Shown piece by piece: positions 1 to 10,608 of a stretch of 64,000 nt of DNA. Under the pieces are notes generated by a model. That model was given only the letters and a program-made list of their open reading frames with translations, had not been told where the DNA came from and searched no databases. The position numbers were made by a program, and so were the translations under genes. Origin of the DNA: Vulcanimicrobiales bacterium (lineage in GTDB: Bacteria; Vulcanimicrobiota; Vulcanimicrobiia; Vulcanimicrobiales; Vulcanimicrobiaceae); assembly GCA_038231455.1 (NCBI GenBank), contig JBBRLI010000003.1, positions 96,001-160,000 of the forward strand, written 5' to 3'. How positions within the stretch are numbered: position 1 is the first letter of the stretch; every line of letters begins with the position of its first letter.

Positions 1-2
1 CG

Positions 3-428
3 GGCGAGTCGCTCAACTTCACGCAAAGCGACCTGCACCCGGTCGGCCATGCCATCGAAGTGCGCGTCAATGCCGAAGATCCGAGTAACAACTTCGCGCC
101 GGCAGCCGGTACGCTGACGCGCGTCGAGTTTCCCGGCGGACCGGGCGTGCGCGTCGATACGCACATGTTCTCGGGTGCGCAGATTCCGCCGTATTACGAT
201 TCGATGATTGCGAAGATCATCGCGCATGCGCGCACGCGCGAGGCGGCGATCGCGCGCATGGAACGCGCACTTGCGGAAACGCGTATTGAGGGTGTGAAGA
301 CGACCATCGATTTCGCGCGCGATGTGCTCCGCGATCCCAACTTCATCGCCGGCGGCGTGGGCGTTGAATATTTGGCGACATCGTTTTTGCCGAATTGGAC
401 CGCACCCGGCGAGCCGGCCAGCGTTTAG
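3..428 (+). CDS. accC: Acetyl-CoA carboxylase biotin carboxylase subunit, C-terminal part (5' truncated by window)
   Basis: The frame is open from base 3 (GHAIEVRVNAED). It carries the PGGPGVRVDTH and YYDSMIAKII motifs. Confidence 0.93.
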   Translation, partial: GESLNFTQSDLHPVGHAIEVRVNAEDPSNNFAPAAGTLTRVEFPGGPGVRVDTHMFSGAQIPPYYDSMIAKIIAHARTREAAIARMERALAETRIEGVKTTIDFARDVLRDPNFIAGGVGVEYLATSFLPNWTAPGEPASV

Positions 429-823
429 TGGCGGCCCGTCGGTTCGCGCGGGAACTCGCGCTGCAAGCACTCTACTCGAGTGAAATCGGACACCGTCCGC
501 CCGAAGATGTTTTAGCGGAGGCACTGCTTGGCGCAAAGACCGAGGAGTCGCGTATCTTCGTCAAAGACCTGGTGTATGGAACGCTCGAACACGCCGCTGA
601 GAGCGACGGCATCATCGCCCCGCTGCTCGAAGGCTGGACGCTCGATCGGCTGCCGACGATCGACCGCATCGTGCTGCGCATGAGCATGTTCGAATTGCGC
701 TTCCGGCCCGAGACGCCGCGTCCGGTCGTCATCAACGAGGCCGTGGAACTCGCGAAAAAATTCTCGACCGAAGATTCCGGACGTTTCATCAACGGCGTGC
801 TCGCCAAGGCTAGCCCCGCCTGA
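428..823 (+). CDS. nusB: Transcription antitermination factor NusB
   Basis: RRFARELALQALY, INEAVELAKKFS and FINGVL motifs. The GTG start overlaps the accC TAG. Confidence 0.95.
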   Translation: MAARRFARELALQALYSSEIGHRPPEDVLAEALLGAKTEESRIFVKDLVYGTLEHAAESDGIIAPLLEGWTLDRLPTIDRIVLRMSMFELRFRPETPRPVVINEAVELAKKFSTEDSGRFINGVLAKASPA

Positions 824-3003
824 TGCAGCGCAAGCCGGGAGCAAAGAAAGCGAAGCGCGCCGTCGGTCCGTGGCGTCGCTTCTTTACGATCGCGGCCGTC
901 GTCGCTGTGTTTCTCATCCTTGGATCGGTCGGGGTCGTTGCGGGGATCGTGGCGTCGTATTCCAACGATTTGCCCGATATCAACCGCATGGCGGATTATC
1001 AGCCGTCGCGTTCGACGCGGGTCTTCGCACGTGACGGATCGCTGCTTGCGAATCTCTACCGGCAAAATCGCACGTGGATCACGATCGATAAGATCCCGGT
1101 CTACGTGCGTAACTCGTTCGTGGCAACCGAAGACCGCAATTTCTACCACCATCACGGCGTGGATTTTGGCGGTATCGCACGCGCGGCGTTCGCCGACTGG
1201 CGCCACGAGCGCTTTCAAGGTGCCTCGACGATCACGCAGCAGTTGGCTCGTGCGCTCTTTCTCTCAAACGAAGTCTCGATCTCGCGCAAAGTCCAAGAAG
1301 CACTGCTCGCAATTGAGATCGAGCGCTACTATACCAAAGACGAAATTCTCGAGCGCTACCTCAACCTGATCTACTTTGGGTCGGGCGCGTACGGCGTGGA
1401 AGCCGCGGCGCATACTTATTTCGGTACCGATACCGGTCATCTAACCATCGGACAAGCCGCGATGCTCGCCGGCATGCCCGCTGCGCCGTCCGACTACTCG
1501 CCGTACGTGAACCTGCAGCACGCAAAAGAGCGCCAAGCGCACGTGCTCGAACGCATGGTCGCCGCGCATTACATTACCAGCACGCAGCTGCGCGATGAAG
1601 AAACACGCTCGCTCGGCCTCATCGGCGAGCGTCCGGCCGGACTGCAGTCATACGTGCATCCGTATTTCACGACCTATGTCACGCATCAGCTCGAATCGCA
1701 GTTCGGAACGCAGTCGACCTTCGAGGGCGGCTTGCAAGTCTACACCACGCTCGATCCTGCAATGCAGACGATCGCGGAGAACGCGGTCATCTGGGGCATT
1801 GGCCGCGCGAAGGCCGAGGGCATCGGAGCGCATCAAGCGGCGCTCGTCTCGATCCGTCCATCGACCGGCGAGATTCTCGCCATGGTCGGCGGCGCGACGC
1901 CATTTTCGCTGACGAATCAGTTCAATCGTGCCTGGCAAGCGCGCCGCCAACCGGGCTCGTCGTTCAAAGTCTACGTTTACACGGCGGCCGTCGACAGCGG
2001 CATGCCGCCGTCGACGCTGCTTGAGGATACGCCGGTTTCGTATCCGATGGGTGATGGCACGCGCTGGTCGCCGATGGACGACGACAACCGCTTCTTCGGC
2101 GCGATTACGATGCGCTACGCGCTCGCGCAGTCGCGCAACGTCGTCGCCGTAAAGCTTGCCTCGCAGCTCGGCATCGATCGCGTGATCGAGTACGCCAAGC
2201 GCATGGGAATCAAAGAAGAACTCGGAGCGAATCTCTCGCTTGCGCTGGGATCGTCGGTCGTCTCGCCGCTCGATCAAGCGACGGGTTATGCAACGCTTGC
2301 CAATGGCGGCATTCACATCGATCCCTCGCCGATCCGCGTCGTGCGCGACTCGCTCGGCACGCCGATTTTGGACAACTCGTATCCGCAGCAGACCGAGGTC
2401 GTGAGTGCGGGAACCGCATACGTCGTGACATCGATGCTCGAGAGCGTGATCAAAGAGGGCACCGGCTATCCCAATGCCATCATCGGGCGCCCGGCTGCGG
2501 GTAAAACCGGGACCACATCCGATTTTCGCGATGCCTGGTTCGTCGGCTACACGCCGGACCTGGTGACGGCGGTCTGGATCGGCAATGACGACTATAAGCG
2601 CATGAACGAATCGTTCGGCGGCAACATTCCCGCGCGCATCTGGGCACGCTACATGAAAGCCGCGCTTGCAAAAACGCCCAAGCACGAATTCGCGTTCCCG
2701 CGCGATGAAGTGCGCAAGCTGGTGCTTTGCGGAACGGGCAAAGAAGAAGTTTTCTTGATCGGCACCGAGCCCGCGAAATCGTGCGGCGATTCGCGCTTTG
2801 CGAAGAAGAAGATCGCCAAAGGCGACGCCGTGCTCCCCGAACCCATCGCGACGGTCGATCCCGAGCTCAAAGGTTCCGCGATCGTCACCGCGCCGCCCGT
2901 GAAGCCGGCAAAACCCGATGCGGTACCGACGGACTCGATCGGCGATGGAACGAACTTCGAGACGCTCTCGACGCAAACGCCAAAGCCTAAGAAGACGCCG
3001 TAG
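823..3003 (+). CDS. Class A penicillin-binding protein (PBP1A family)
   Basis: N-terminal TM helix. Transglycosylase motifs EDRNFYHH and GASTITQQL. Transpeptidase motifs SSFK, SRN and KTGT. Confidence 0.95.
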   Translation: MQRKPGAKKAKRAVGPWRRFFTIAAVVAVFLILGSVGVVAGIVASYSNDLPDINRMADYQPSRSTRVFARDGSLLANLYRQNRTWITIDKIPVYVRNSFVATEDRNFYHHHGVDFGGIARAAFADWRHERFQGASTITQQLARALFLSNEVSISRKVQEALLAIEIERYYTKDEILERYLNLIYFGSGAYGVEAAAHTYFGTDTGHLTIGQAAMLAGMPAAPSDYSPYVNLQHAKERQAHVLERMVAAHYITSTQLRDEETRSLGLIGERPAGLQSYVHPYFTTYVTHQLESQFGTQSTFEGGLQVYTTLDPAMQTIAENAVIWGIGRAKAEGIGAHQAALVSIRPSTGEILAMVGGATPFSLTNQFNRAWQARRQPGSSFKVYVYTAAVDSGMPPSTLLEDTPVSYPMGDGTRWSPMDDDNRFFGAITMRYALAQSRNVVAVKLASQLGIDRVIEYAKRMGIKEELGANLSLALGSSVVSPLDQATGYATLANGGIHIDPSPIRVVRDSLGTPILDNSYPQQTEVVSAGTAYVVTSMLESVIKEGTGYPNAIIGRPAAGKTGTTSDFRDAWFVGYTPDLVTAVWIGNDDYKRMNESFGGNIPARIWARYMKAALAKTPKHEFAFPRDEVRKLVLCGTGKEEVFLIGTEPAKSCGDSRFAKKKIAKGDAVLPEPIATVDPELKGSAIVTAPPVKPAKPDAVPTDSIGDGTNFETLSTQTPKPKKTP

Positions 3004-4421
3004 TGCGCACGGTGTCCGCTCCGACACCCTCACCCGTCTCGGTCGGCCGTCTCGCGCGGTACATCAAATCGCGACTCGGCGACGATCCGAAGCTGCGATT
3101 CATCGCGGTACGCGGTGAAGTTTCGAATTTGCGCGTGCAGGAAGCCGGGCACGTGTATTTCGACCTCAAAGATGCGGAGGCGTTGATCAACGTCGTCGTC
3201 TGGTCCGATGCCGCCGTGCTGCTCCCGCCGCTCAAGAACGGCGCATCGGTCATCGCGGTGGGCGGCGTGATGACGTATCCTAAACGCAGTACGTATCAGC
3301 TCAGCGCCGTGCGGGTCGAGCTTGACGGCGTCGGCCGCTTGCACGAACTATACGAGCGTCTGCGCGAACAACTCAGGAGCGAAGGGCTCTTCGAGCCCGC
3401 CCGCAAGCGCGCTCTTCCACGCTATCCGTTCGCAATCGCGCTGATCTCATCGGCGACCTCCGATGGAGCGCGCGACTTCATTGCCAACGCCCGCCGACGC
3501 GCGCCGCACGTACGCGTACACCTCGTCGAGACGGCCGTGCAAGGGCCGAACGCGCCGGGTGAGATCGTCGCGGCGATCAAGCGCGCGGAGCGACTTCCGG
3601 TCGATGCGATCGTACTGGCACGCGGCGGCGGCTCGTACGAGGATCTCTTCGTCTTTAGCGACGAGCGCGTCGTGCGCGCGCTCGCGGCCGCCAAGCTGCC
3701 GACGGTCTCGGCGATCGGGCACGAGTCTGACTCGCCGCTGACGGATTTCGTCGCGGACGTTCGCGCGCTGACTCCCACGGCGGCGACCGAATTGATCTTG
3801 CCCGATCGGAGGCAGTTACTCGGCGAGATTCGCCGGGCGAGCCGGTCGCTCGAAACATCGCTCTATCGCAAATCCGCCAACGCGCGCTTACTGGTCGAAC
3901 GCTTCGTGCTCCATTCGGTGCTCGGTCGACCGAGCGCGGCGTTTGGACCGCGACGCCAGCTCGTCGATGACTTGCGCGAACGCATCGGCAAGCGCGTGGG
4001 CGAACGATTCCGCGCGCAGTCGGTGCGATTGAACGCGCTCGAACGGCGGCTTGCGGCGCGCGATCCGCGCGTGCGGCTCGGTGAAGAACAGCGCCGTGTT
4101 GTCGGACTCGCGCATCGCATGGATCTCGCCGTAACCTCGCGCATCGGCGGCGGGAGACTGCGCTTCGATCGCGCAGTCCCGCGCCTGCGTCCGGCGCTCG
4201 AGCGCGCCCTCACCTCGCGCATGCATACGCTGGCACTCGCAACGAGCGAGCTAAACGGCAAAGATCCGACAGCAATTCTCTCACGCGGCTATGCGATGGT
4301 GCTCTACGGCGGCCGTGCGGTCACGGACCCCTCCGCCGTGCCCCGCGGTGCCGAGATCGTCGCACAGGTCGCTCGCGGAACGATTACGGCCCGCGTCGAA
4401 TCAACGGAGACCAATGGCTGA
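3003..4421 (+). CDS. xseA: Exodeoxyribonuclease VII large subunit
   Basis: GEVSN, GHVYFDLKD, ARGGGSYEDL, SAIGHESD and ILSRGYA motifs. Confidence 0.95.
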   Translation: MRTVSAPTPSPVSVGRLARYIKSRLGDDPKLRFIAVRGEVSNLRVQEAGHVYFDLKDAEALINVVVWSDAAVLLPPLKNGASVIAVGGVMTYPKRSTYQLSAVRVELDGVGRLHELYERLREQLRSEGLFEPARKRALPRYPFAIALISSATSDGARDFIANARRRAPHVRVHLVETAVQGPNAPGEIVAAIKRAERLPVDAIVLARGGGSYEDLFVFSDERVVRALAAAKLPTVSAIGHESDSPLTDFVADVRALTPTAATELILPDRRQLLGEIRRASRSLETSLYRKSANARLLVERFVLHSVLGRPSAAFGPRRQLVDDLRERIGKRVGERFRAQSVRLNALERRLAARDPRVRLGEEQRRVVGLAHRMDLAVTSRIGGGRLRFDRAVPRLRPALERALTSRMHTLALATSELNGKDPTAILSRGYAMVLYGGRAVTDPSAVPRGAEIVAQVARGTITARVESTETNG

Positions 4422-4689
4422 ACAACAATCCGGTGAATTCGAAGCCGCGCTCGTGAAGCTCGAGCAAATCGTCAAGCAGCTCGAAGGCAACGAAGTGGGT
4501 CTGGACAAGTCCGTCGAGCTCTTCAAGCAAGGGCGCGAGCTTGCCGCGCGCTGCGAAAAGCTGCTCGCCGATGCGCAATCGGCGATCGATAAAGCAACGA
4601 ACGGCGCGGCCGCCGAGCCGGAACGTCGGCCCGCGCCGGCGCCGAGCTCTTCGCTCTTCGACGATGACCTCGTGGACGATGGGGAATGA
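4414..4689 (+). CDS. xseB: Exodeoxyribonuclease VII small subunit
   Basis: FEAALVKLEQIVKQLE...LDKSVELFKQG. ATG at 4414 follows a GGAG site. Confidence 0.92.
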   Translation: MAEQQSGEFEAALVKLEQIVKQLEGNEVGLDKSVELFKQGRELAARCEKLLADAQSAIDKATNGAAAEPERRPAPAPSSSLFDDDLVDDGE

Positions 4690-5467
4690 TCGCCGGCTCG
4701 ATACGGCCGTCGTCGCGCTGACCGGTCTGACGCGCTCGCAAGCGCGCGGGCTGATCCTCGCCGGACGCGTTCGCGTCGACGGCAATCCGCACGTCAAACC
4801 TGGTTCGAACCTCCGCGTCGGCGCGCACGTCGACGTCGAGCGCCCGGCGCCGTACGTGAGTCGCGGCGGCGAAAAACTCGAAGGCGCGCTGCACGATTTC
4901 AACCTCGATGCGCGCGGCCTCGAAGCGCTCGATGTCGGTGCATCGACGGGCGGTTTTACCGATTGTCTCCTGCAGCAGGGCGCATCGAGCGTCGTTGCGC
5001 TCGATGTCGGCTACGGTCAACTGGCATGGAAGCTACGCAGCGACGACCGCGTAACGATCGTCGAACGCACGAATTTTCGCACGCTGCCGGACGATGCGTA
5101 TCCGGCAGGCTTCGATCTCATCGTGATCGATGCGTCGTTCATTTCGCTGCGCACGATCGTCGCGCGGGCTGTCGCGTATCTGCGTCCGGGCGGCCGAATC
5201 GTGGCGCTCGTCAAACCGCAGTTCGAAGCGGGTCGCGACCGAATCGGCGGCGGCGGGGTCGTTCGCGATCCCGAAATTCATTCAGCGATCATGCGCGAAG
5301 TCCGGGACGCGCTGATGCCGCTTGGCGTTCATGCGATCGCCGCGGCGCGCTCGGGGCTCGTCGGTCCGGCGGGCAACGTCGAGTTCTTTTATCTGATCGC
5401 GCGCGAAGGACCCAGCGTCGATGACGAGCGGATCGACGCGCTCGTTGCGGAAGCGCACGCTCAATGA
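4679..5467 (+). CDS. tlyA: TlyA family rRNA methyltransferase
   Basis: S4 domain (RLD...TRSQAR), YVSRGGEKL, DVGASTGGFTD and LVKPQFE. Confidence 0.94.
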   Translation: MGNDRRLDTAVVALTGLTRSQARGLILAGRVRVDGNPHVKPGSNLRVGAHVDVERPAPYVSRGGEKLEGALHDFNLDARGLEALDVGASTGGFTDCLLQQGASSVVALDVGYGQLAWKLRSDDRVTIVERTNFRTLPDDAYPAGFDLIVIDASFISLRTIVARAVAYLRPGGRIVALVKPQFEAGRDRIGGGGVVRDPEIHSAIMREVRDALMPLGVHAIAAARSGLVGPAGNVEFFYLIAREGPSVDDERIDALVAEAHAQ

Positions 5468-6330
5468 TACACGAGAAGACCCGGACGATCGCCTTCTACG
5501 TCAACATGCACCGGGACAACGCGCGCGAGATCGCCGCGCGCGCCGCCGAGATCGCACGCGAAATTGGTTTCGCCGTTGCCCTGCCGCAAGACCAAGACGC
5601 CGTGCTGCACCTCGCCTCGGCCGGCGCCCAAGTCCAAGGTTCCGAATTACTTGTGACGATCGGCGGCGACGGGACGCTGCTGCGCGGCGTACATCTCGCC
5701 GCGCCGTTCGGCGTTCCGGTGCTCGGGATCAATACCGGGCGACTCGGATTTCTCACGGAATTCGAAGGCGATCTTGCCCTCGTCGATCTGCGCGCCGCAC
5801 TCGAAGGCGGCTTCTTCACCGAGACACGCGCCGCGCTCACCGCCTGTATCAACGGCGGCGAAAAACACTTTGCGCTCAACGACGTTGTCGTACGCCGCTC
5901 GGCAAACGCGCGCATGGCGCCCTTCGGTCTTTCGCTCGACGGTGAGATCGTCGCGCACATTCCGGCCGACGGAATCATCGTCGCAACCGCCACGGGCTCG
6001 ACGGCATACTTTCTTTCCGCCGGTGGTCCGATTATTTCACCGGGCGTCGATGCCTTTGGGATCATTGCCCTCTTGCCGCATACGCTCTTCGCGCGACCGC
6101 TCATCGTGCCGACGACCTCCAAGATCGAGATCATTTGCGACCCCGAAAACGTCCGTGCGACACTCGAAGTCGACGGCATGGTCGTCGCAGAACTCCATCC
6201 CAACGACGTCGTGAGCGTGCAGCGGACCTCAAAACCCGTTCGATTTGCCCGCATCCGCCCACAAGCGTTTTTCTCGCGTCTGCAAGAGAAACTCCAGTGG
6301 GGCGTTCCCATCAAACGCCAAGGCGAGTGA
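5464..6330 (+). CDS. nadK: NAD(+) kinase
   Basis: GGDGT, GRLGFL, ALND and DGIIVATATGSTAY motifs. Confidence 0.95.
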   Translation: MIHEKTRTIAFYVNMHRDNAREIAARAAEIAREIGFAVALPQDQDAVLHLASAGAQVQGSELLVTIGGDGTLLRGVHLAAPFGVPVLGINTGRLGFLTEFEGDLALVDLRAALEGGFFTETRAALTACINGGEKHFALNDVVVRRSANARMAPFGLSLDGEIVAHIPADGIIVATATGSTAYFLSAGGPIISPGVDAFGIIALLPHTLFARPLIVPTTSKIEIICDPENVRATLEVDGMVVAELHPNDVVSVQRTSKPVRFARIRPQAFFSRLQEKLQWGVPIKRQGE

Positions 6331-6334
6331 GCGC

Positions 6335-8005
6335 GTGCGACTCGGACGTCTGGCAATCGAGGATTTCGGCCTGATCGCACACGCGGCGTTCGCGTTTGCC
6401 GATGGTCTCACGATCGTGAGCGGCGAGACGGGCTCGGGCAAGACGATGCTGCTCGGAGCGCTTGGATTTGCGCTCGGCGATCGGGTCGGCGCGGAGATGA
6501 TCCGTAGCGGCGCCGAACGCGCGCGGGTGACGCTCGAAGTCGAGCCGGACGCAGCGCTTCGCGCGCTACTCGCCGAGCAAGGCATCGTCCTTGCCGACGA
6601 TGACGACGCGATTCTAACGCGCGAAATCGCGGCTGGGGGACGCTCGCAGGCGCGCGTGAATGGCACGGCTGTAAGTGCGAGCCAACTGCGCGAAATCGGT
6701 CGAGCCGTCGTCGATATCGTCGGTCAGCACGAAGCGCAGCGGCTGCTCTCACCGGGCTACGCACTCGAACTCGTCGACCGGCTCGGCGAGACCACGGTGC
6801 TGCGCGAACGCGTCGCCGTCATCGTGCACGAGCGCAACGCCATCGTAGCGGAAATTGCTGCGAGCCGAGCTGATGAAGGGCGCGCGCTTGCCGCGGCCGA
6901 CTATGCCGCTTTTGCCGTGCGCGAAATCGACGAAGCCCGCCTCGCTCTTGGGGAAGATGAGAAGCTTCGCGAACGACGCGACTATCTTGCGAACATCGAG
7001 AAGATCGCCGCCGCCCTCGGCACGGCGCACGATGCGCTTGAAGATGAAAATGGTGCCGTTGACGCACTCGGAACGGCGAGCGCAGCGCTTGCAAGCGTAG
7101 CGCGCTACGATGCAGCGCTCGACGAATTAGCGGCGACGCTTGCCGCGCTTCAATCCGATCTCACGGAGAGCGCGGGGCGAATTGCGCGCGAGCGTGAGGC
7201 GGCAGACTTCGATCCGGCGGAGCTCGAGGGAATCGTCGCGCGGCTCGAATTGCTCGACCGACTCAAGAAAAAATTCGGCGGTAGTCTCGCAAGCGTGCTT
7301 GCTGCCCGCGAAGAATTCGCGCAGACGCACGATGGTTTCGTCAATCGCGATCGCCGCTTAGCCGAACTCGAAGCCGCTCGGCTCGCGCGTGAAACCGCGT
7401 TGATCGAGCGTGCCGGCGCCCTCACCAAGGCGCGCACGGCGGCGGCGAAATTGCTTGAAAAGCGCGTCAGCGAAGAACTCGCCGAACTCGCGATGCCCGC
7501 TGCGCGCTTGCAGATCGCCTTCGTCCCGGTCGATCCGATCGGCACCAGCGGCGCCGAACGTGCGGACCTTTTGCTCGCCGCCAACCCCGGCGAACCGTTT
7601 CGCCCGCTCGGCAAGAGCGCTTCAGGCGGCGAACTCTCCCGCGTGTTGCTCGCGCTGATCGTCGCGCTTGCGGACCGCCGTGAGCGCACGGCACTCGTCT
7701 TCGATGAGATCGACGCGGGGATCGGCGGCGCAACGGCAAGCGCCGTTGGAACGCGGCTCGGTCGCTTGTCGTCTGCAGGACAGGTCGTCTGCGTGACGCA
7801 TTTGGCTCAAATTGCGTCGTGGGCCGACGCGCATTACGCGCTGCGTAAGCGCGAGGACCGCGGTACGACGGTCGTCGAGCTCGAAACGCTTGCGACCGAA
7901 CGAACACGACTCGAGGAGATTGCACGAATGCTTTCCGGCGAAACGGGCGACGTCGCGCTCGAACATGCGGCGACGCTCGTTCGCGGGGTTGCCGCTAAGC
8001 GATGA
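6335..8005 (+). CDS. recN: DNA repair protein RecN
   Basis: Walker A GETGSGKT, signature ASGGELSR and FDEIDAG. Likely GTG start at 6335. Confidence 0.95.
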   Translation: MRLGRLAIEDFGLIAHAAFAFADGLTIVSGETGSGKTMLLGALGFALGDRVGAEMIRSGAERARVTLEVEPDAALRALLAEQGIVLADDDDAILTREIAAGGRSQARVNGTAVSASQLREIGRAVVDIVGQHEAQRLLSPGYALELVDRLGETTVLRERVAVIVHERNAIVAEIAASRADEGRALAAADYAAFAVREIDEARLALGEDEKLRERRDYLANIEKIAAALGTAHDALEDENGAVDALGTASAALASVARYDAALDELAATLAALQSDLTESAGRIAREREAADFDPAELEGIVARLELLDRLKKKFGGSLASVLAAREEFAQTHDGFVNRDRRLAELEAARLARETALIERAGALTKARTAAAKLLEKRVSEELAELAMPAARLQIAFVPVDPIGTSGAERADLLLAANPGEPFRPLGKSASGGELSRVLLALIVALADRRERTALVFDEIDAGIGGATASAVGTRLGRLSSAGQVVCVTHLAQIASWADAHYALRKREDRGTTVVELETLATERTRLEEIARMLSGETGDVALEHAATLVRGVAAKR

Positions 8006-9096
8006 AAGAAAAAGTTCTGGTTCTGCTCTCGTCCGGCGGTGAGGCGATGCGGCGGAGCGTGCGCGCCTATATCGGCGCCGCACGCGAACGATACGAACTA
8101 CGCATGCTCGCGCCGGACAGCGAAGCGAAGGCCTTTCGCGATCTCGGCATCCCGATTGAATCGTGGAAACCGGCGGGTCTTTTCAACGTGCTCCGATCGA
8201 TCGGCGCGCTGCGTCGTGCGGTCGAACGCGACGATCCGGCGATCGTGCAGTGCTTTGGCTGGACGGCCACGGCCGTTGCGATGGGTGCGATGCCCACGCG
8301 CTACGCGGCGCGCACGGTCGTCTCGCTGCAAGATCCGATTCGCGATAACGAAATGCCGAAGGCCTTCGTCGACAAGCGTCTGCCGGAGTTGATGACGCGT
8401 CCGGGCGCGATCGTCGTTGCGTACGCGGGGATCAAACGCGCGCTCGTCAACGGTTTCGGCGTCGACGAATCGCGCGTGAGCCTGCTGGGCTATCCGGTCG
8501 TCTCGAACACGCCGCGCGATCTTGCTCGGCCGCCGGGCCGGCGCGGTCCGATCGTCGGCTGGTCGGGTCCTCTGGTCGCCGACCGTTCGTGGGAAGTCGC
8601 AATCGATGCGGTGGCACTGCTCGTGCCCGAGATGTCCGAAGTCGACCTGTGGATCGCAGGGGACGGCCCGGTGAAGACGCTGGTGAAGGCGCACGCGCGC
8701 GAACGCGGCGCGCAAAACGCGGTCACGTTTTTCGGCCCGATGCCGACGCCCGAACTCATCTCGGGGATCGATTTGTTGCTCGTGCCGCAGTCGCGCGACG
8801 GCTTACCGTATCAGCTGATCGAGGGTCTCGTCGGCGGCGTTCCGATCGTTGCATCGAACACCGGCGGCATCGCCGACACGCTCATCGACCGTCCGACCGC
8901 GTGGCTCGTGCCAAACGACGCCGAGGGTTTCGCCGCGGGCATACGCGATGCGTGGGCACGAATCGATGATGCCTGGCTCGACGCGCAAGCGCAGCGCGGC
9001 AGCGCGATCGCCGAATACGATCCCGAACGCATCCACGGCGAACTTTTCGCCGTCTACGATCGCCTGATCGCAAGCAACGCCGTCGCCGCGGAATAG
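8002..9096 (+). CDS. Glycosyltransferase, GT4-like
   Basis: GT-B C-terminal motif DGLPYQLIEGLVGGVPIVASNTGG. ATGA overlap with recN. Confidence 0.75.
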   Translation: MKEKVLVLLSSGGEAMRRSVRAYIGAARERYELRMLAPDSEAKAFRDLGIPIESWKPAGLFNVLRSIGALRRAVERDDPAIVQCFGWTATAVAMGAMPTRYAARTVVSLQDPIRDNEMPKAFVDKRLPELMTRPGAIVVAYAGIKRALVNGFGVDESRVSLLGYPVVSNTPRDLARPPGRRGPIVGWSGPLVADRSWEVAIDAVALLVPEMSEVDLWIAGDGPVKTLVKAHARERGAQNAVTFFGPMPTPELISGIDLLLVPQSRDGLPYQLIEGLVGGVPIVASNTGGIADTLIDRPTAWLVPNDAEGFAAGIRDAWARIDDAWLDAQAQRGSAIAEYDPERIHGELFAVYDRLIASNAVAAE

Positions 9097-9099
9097 CGA

Positions 9100-10551
9100 T
9101 TAGGGCAAGAGGTGGACTTTCATCACGTTGGTGCCGCCGGCACCGACGGGCATGCCGCTCGTGATCACGATTGTCTCGCCGGCTTTGGCGAGGCCTTCTG
9201 CAACGACGCGCTGTTCGGCAATTTCGATTAGCGTCTCGATATAGCGGTAACTCTGCACGACCAGCGACTCGACGCCCCAGACGACGGCGAGGCGGCGTGC
9301 GACTTCGATCAGCGGCGTCATCGCGACAATTTGCGCGCGCGGGCGGAACGATGAGATATGCCGCGCCGTGTTGCCGGTCGTCGTTCCGGTCAAGATCATA
9401 TCGAGTTTGAGCGCTTCGGTCGTGCGGGCGGCGGCTTCGGCGATCGAGGTTCCAACGGCGTCTTCGCCCCCTTGGAAAACGTCGGTAATTTCGATGCGTC
9501 GCTCTTGTAAATCGTCGTGCGGGTAGCGTTTCTCGATCGTTCGTGCGATCGTGGCCATCGTTTTGACGGCTTCGAGCGGATACGCACCACGTGCGGTTTC
9601 GCCCGAGAGCATGACGGCGTCGGTGCCGTCGAGGATGGCATTTGCAACGTCGTTCGCCTCGGCCCGCGTCGGACGCGCAGCGGAGATCATCGATTCGAGC
9701 ATCTGCGTTGCGGTGATGACGGGCTTGCTCGCGCGATTGGTTCGCGCGATTAAATCTTTTTGAACCATCGGCACTTCTTCGAGTGGAATCTCGATCCCAA
9801 GATCCCCGCGCGCGACCATGATGCCATCGGAGATCGCGATGATCTCATCGATGCAGTCGAGTGCCTCGTGTTTTTCGATTTTCGAGAACACCGGGATCGT
9901 CTTACCGGCCGCTGCGATCGCGTCTTTCACGCGTGCGACATCGGATGGACCGCGCACGAACGAAACCGCGACCCAGTCGACGTTTTGTTCGATGCCAAAG
10001 GCCAAGTGCACGAGATCGCGATCGGTGACCGCTTCGATGTTGAGCGTGCCGTCGGGATAGTTGATGCCCTGCGTCGGGCGCAGTTCGCCGCCGACTTCCA
10101 CAACGGTGTGGATGACGTCGCCTTTGACCTCGCTGATGCGCAGCGCGATTGCGCCGTCAGCAAGATAGATCCGTTTACCCGCTTCGACATCGCGTGCTAG
10201 GTCGACGTACGAGACGGACACACCGTGGACGTCGCCGATCGTTTCCGCGGTCGTGAGCGTGAACGGTTCGCCCGGGACGAGCGTGACCGAGGTGACGCCC
10301 TCGGCGAGTTTGCCGGTACGGACCTTGGGTCCGGGCAAATCTTGCAAGACCGCGATGTGTAAACTGAGTTCGGCTGCAATCGAGCGGACGTCCGCAATCA
10401 CCGCCCGGTGTTCGTCGTGCGTACCGTGCGAGAAATTGAGTCGGACGACGTTCACGCCGGCGCGGAAGAGTTCGCGCAGCATAGCCGGTTCGCGTGAGGC
10501 CGGCCCGATCGTGGCGACAATTTTCGTTCGTTTGAGTGTGGGTGCGATCAT
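9100..10551 (-). CDS. pyk: Pyruvate kinase
   Basis: TKIVATIGP, RLNFSHG, MVARGDLG, ATQMLESM and MLSGET motifs. Confidence 0.97.
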   Translation of the reverse strand: MIAPTLKRTKIVATIGPASREPAMLRELFRAGVNVVRLNFSHGTHDEHRAVIADVRSIAAELSLHIAVLQDLPGPKVRTGKLAEGVTSVTLVPGEPFTLTTAETIGDVHGVSVSYVDLARDVEAGKRIYLADGAIALRISEVKGDVIHTVVEVGGELRPTQGINYPDGTLNIEAVTDRDLVHLAFGIEQNVDWVAVSFVRGPSDVARVKDAIAAAGKTIPVFSKIEKHEALDCIDEIIAISDGIMVARGDLGIEIPLEEVPMVQKDLIARTNRASKPVITATQMLESMISAARPTRAEANDVANAILDGTDAVMLSGETARGAYPLEAVKTMATIARTIEKRYPHDDLQERRIEITDVFQGGEDAVGTSIAEAAARTTEALKLDMILTGTTTGNTARHISSFRPRAQIVAMTPLIEVARRLAVVWGVESLVVQSYRYIETLIEIAEQRVVAEGLAKAGETIVITSGMPVGAGGTNVMKVHLLP

Positions 10552-10608
10552 CGGATGATCGCGTTGCCGCCCGCGCCGGGCGGGACCTGCGAAGGGAAAT
10601 TGTTTCCC

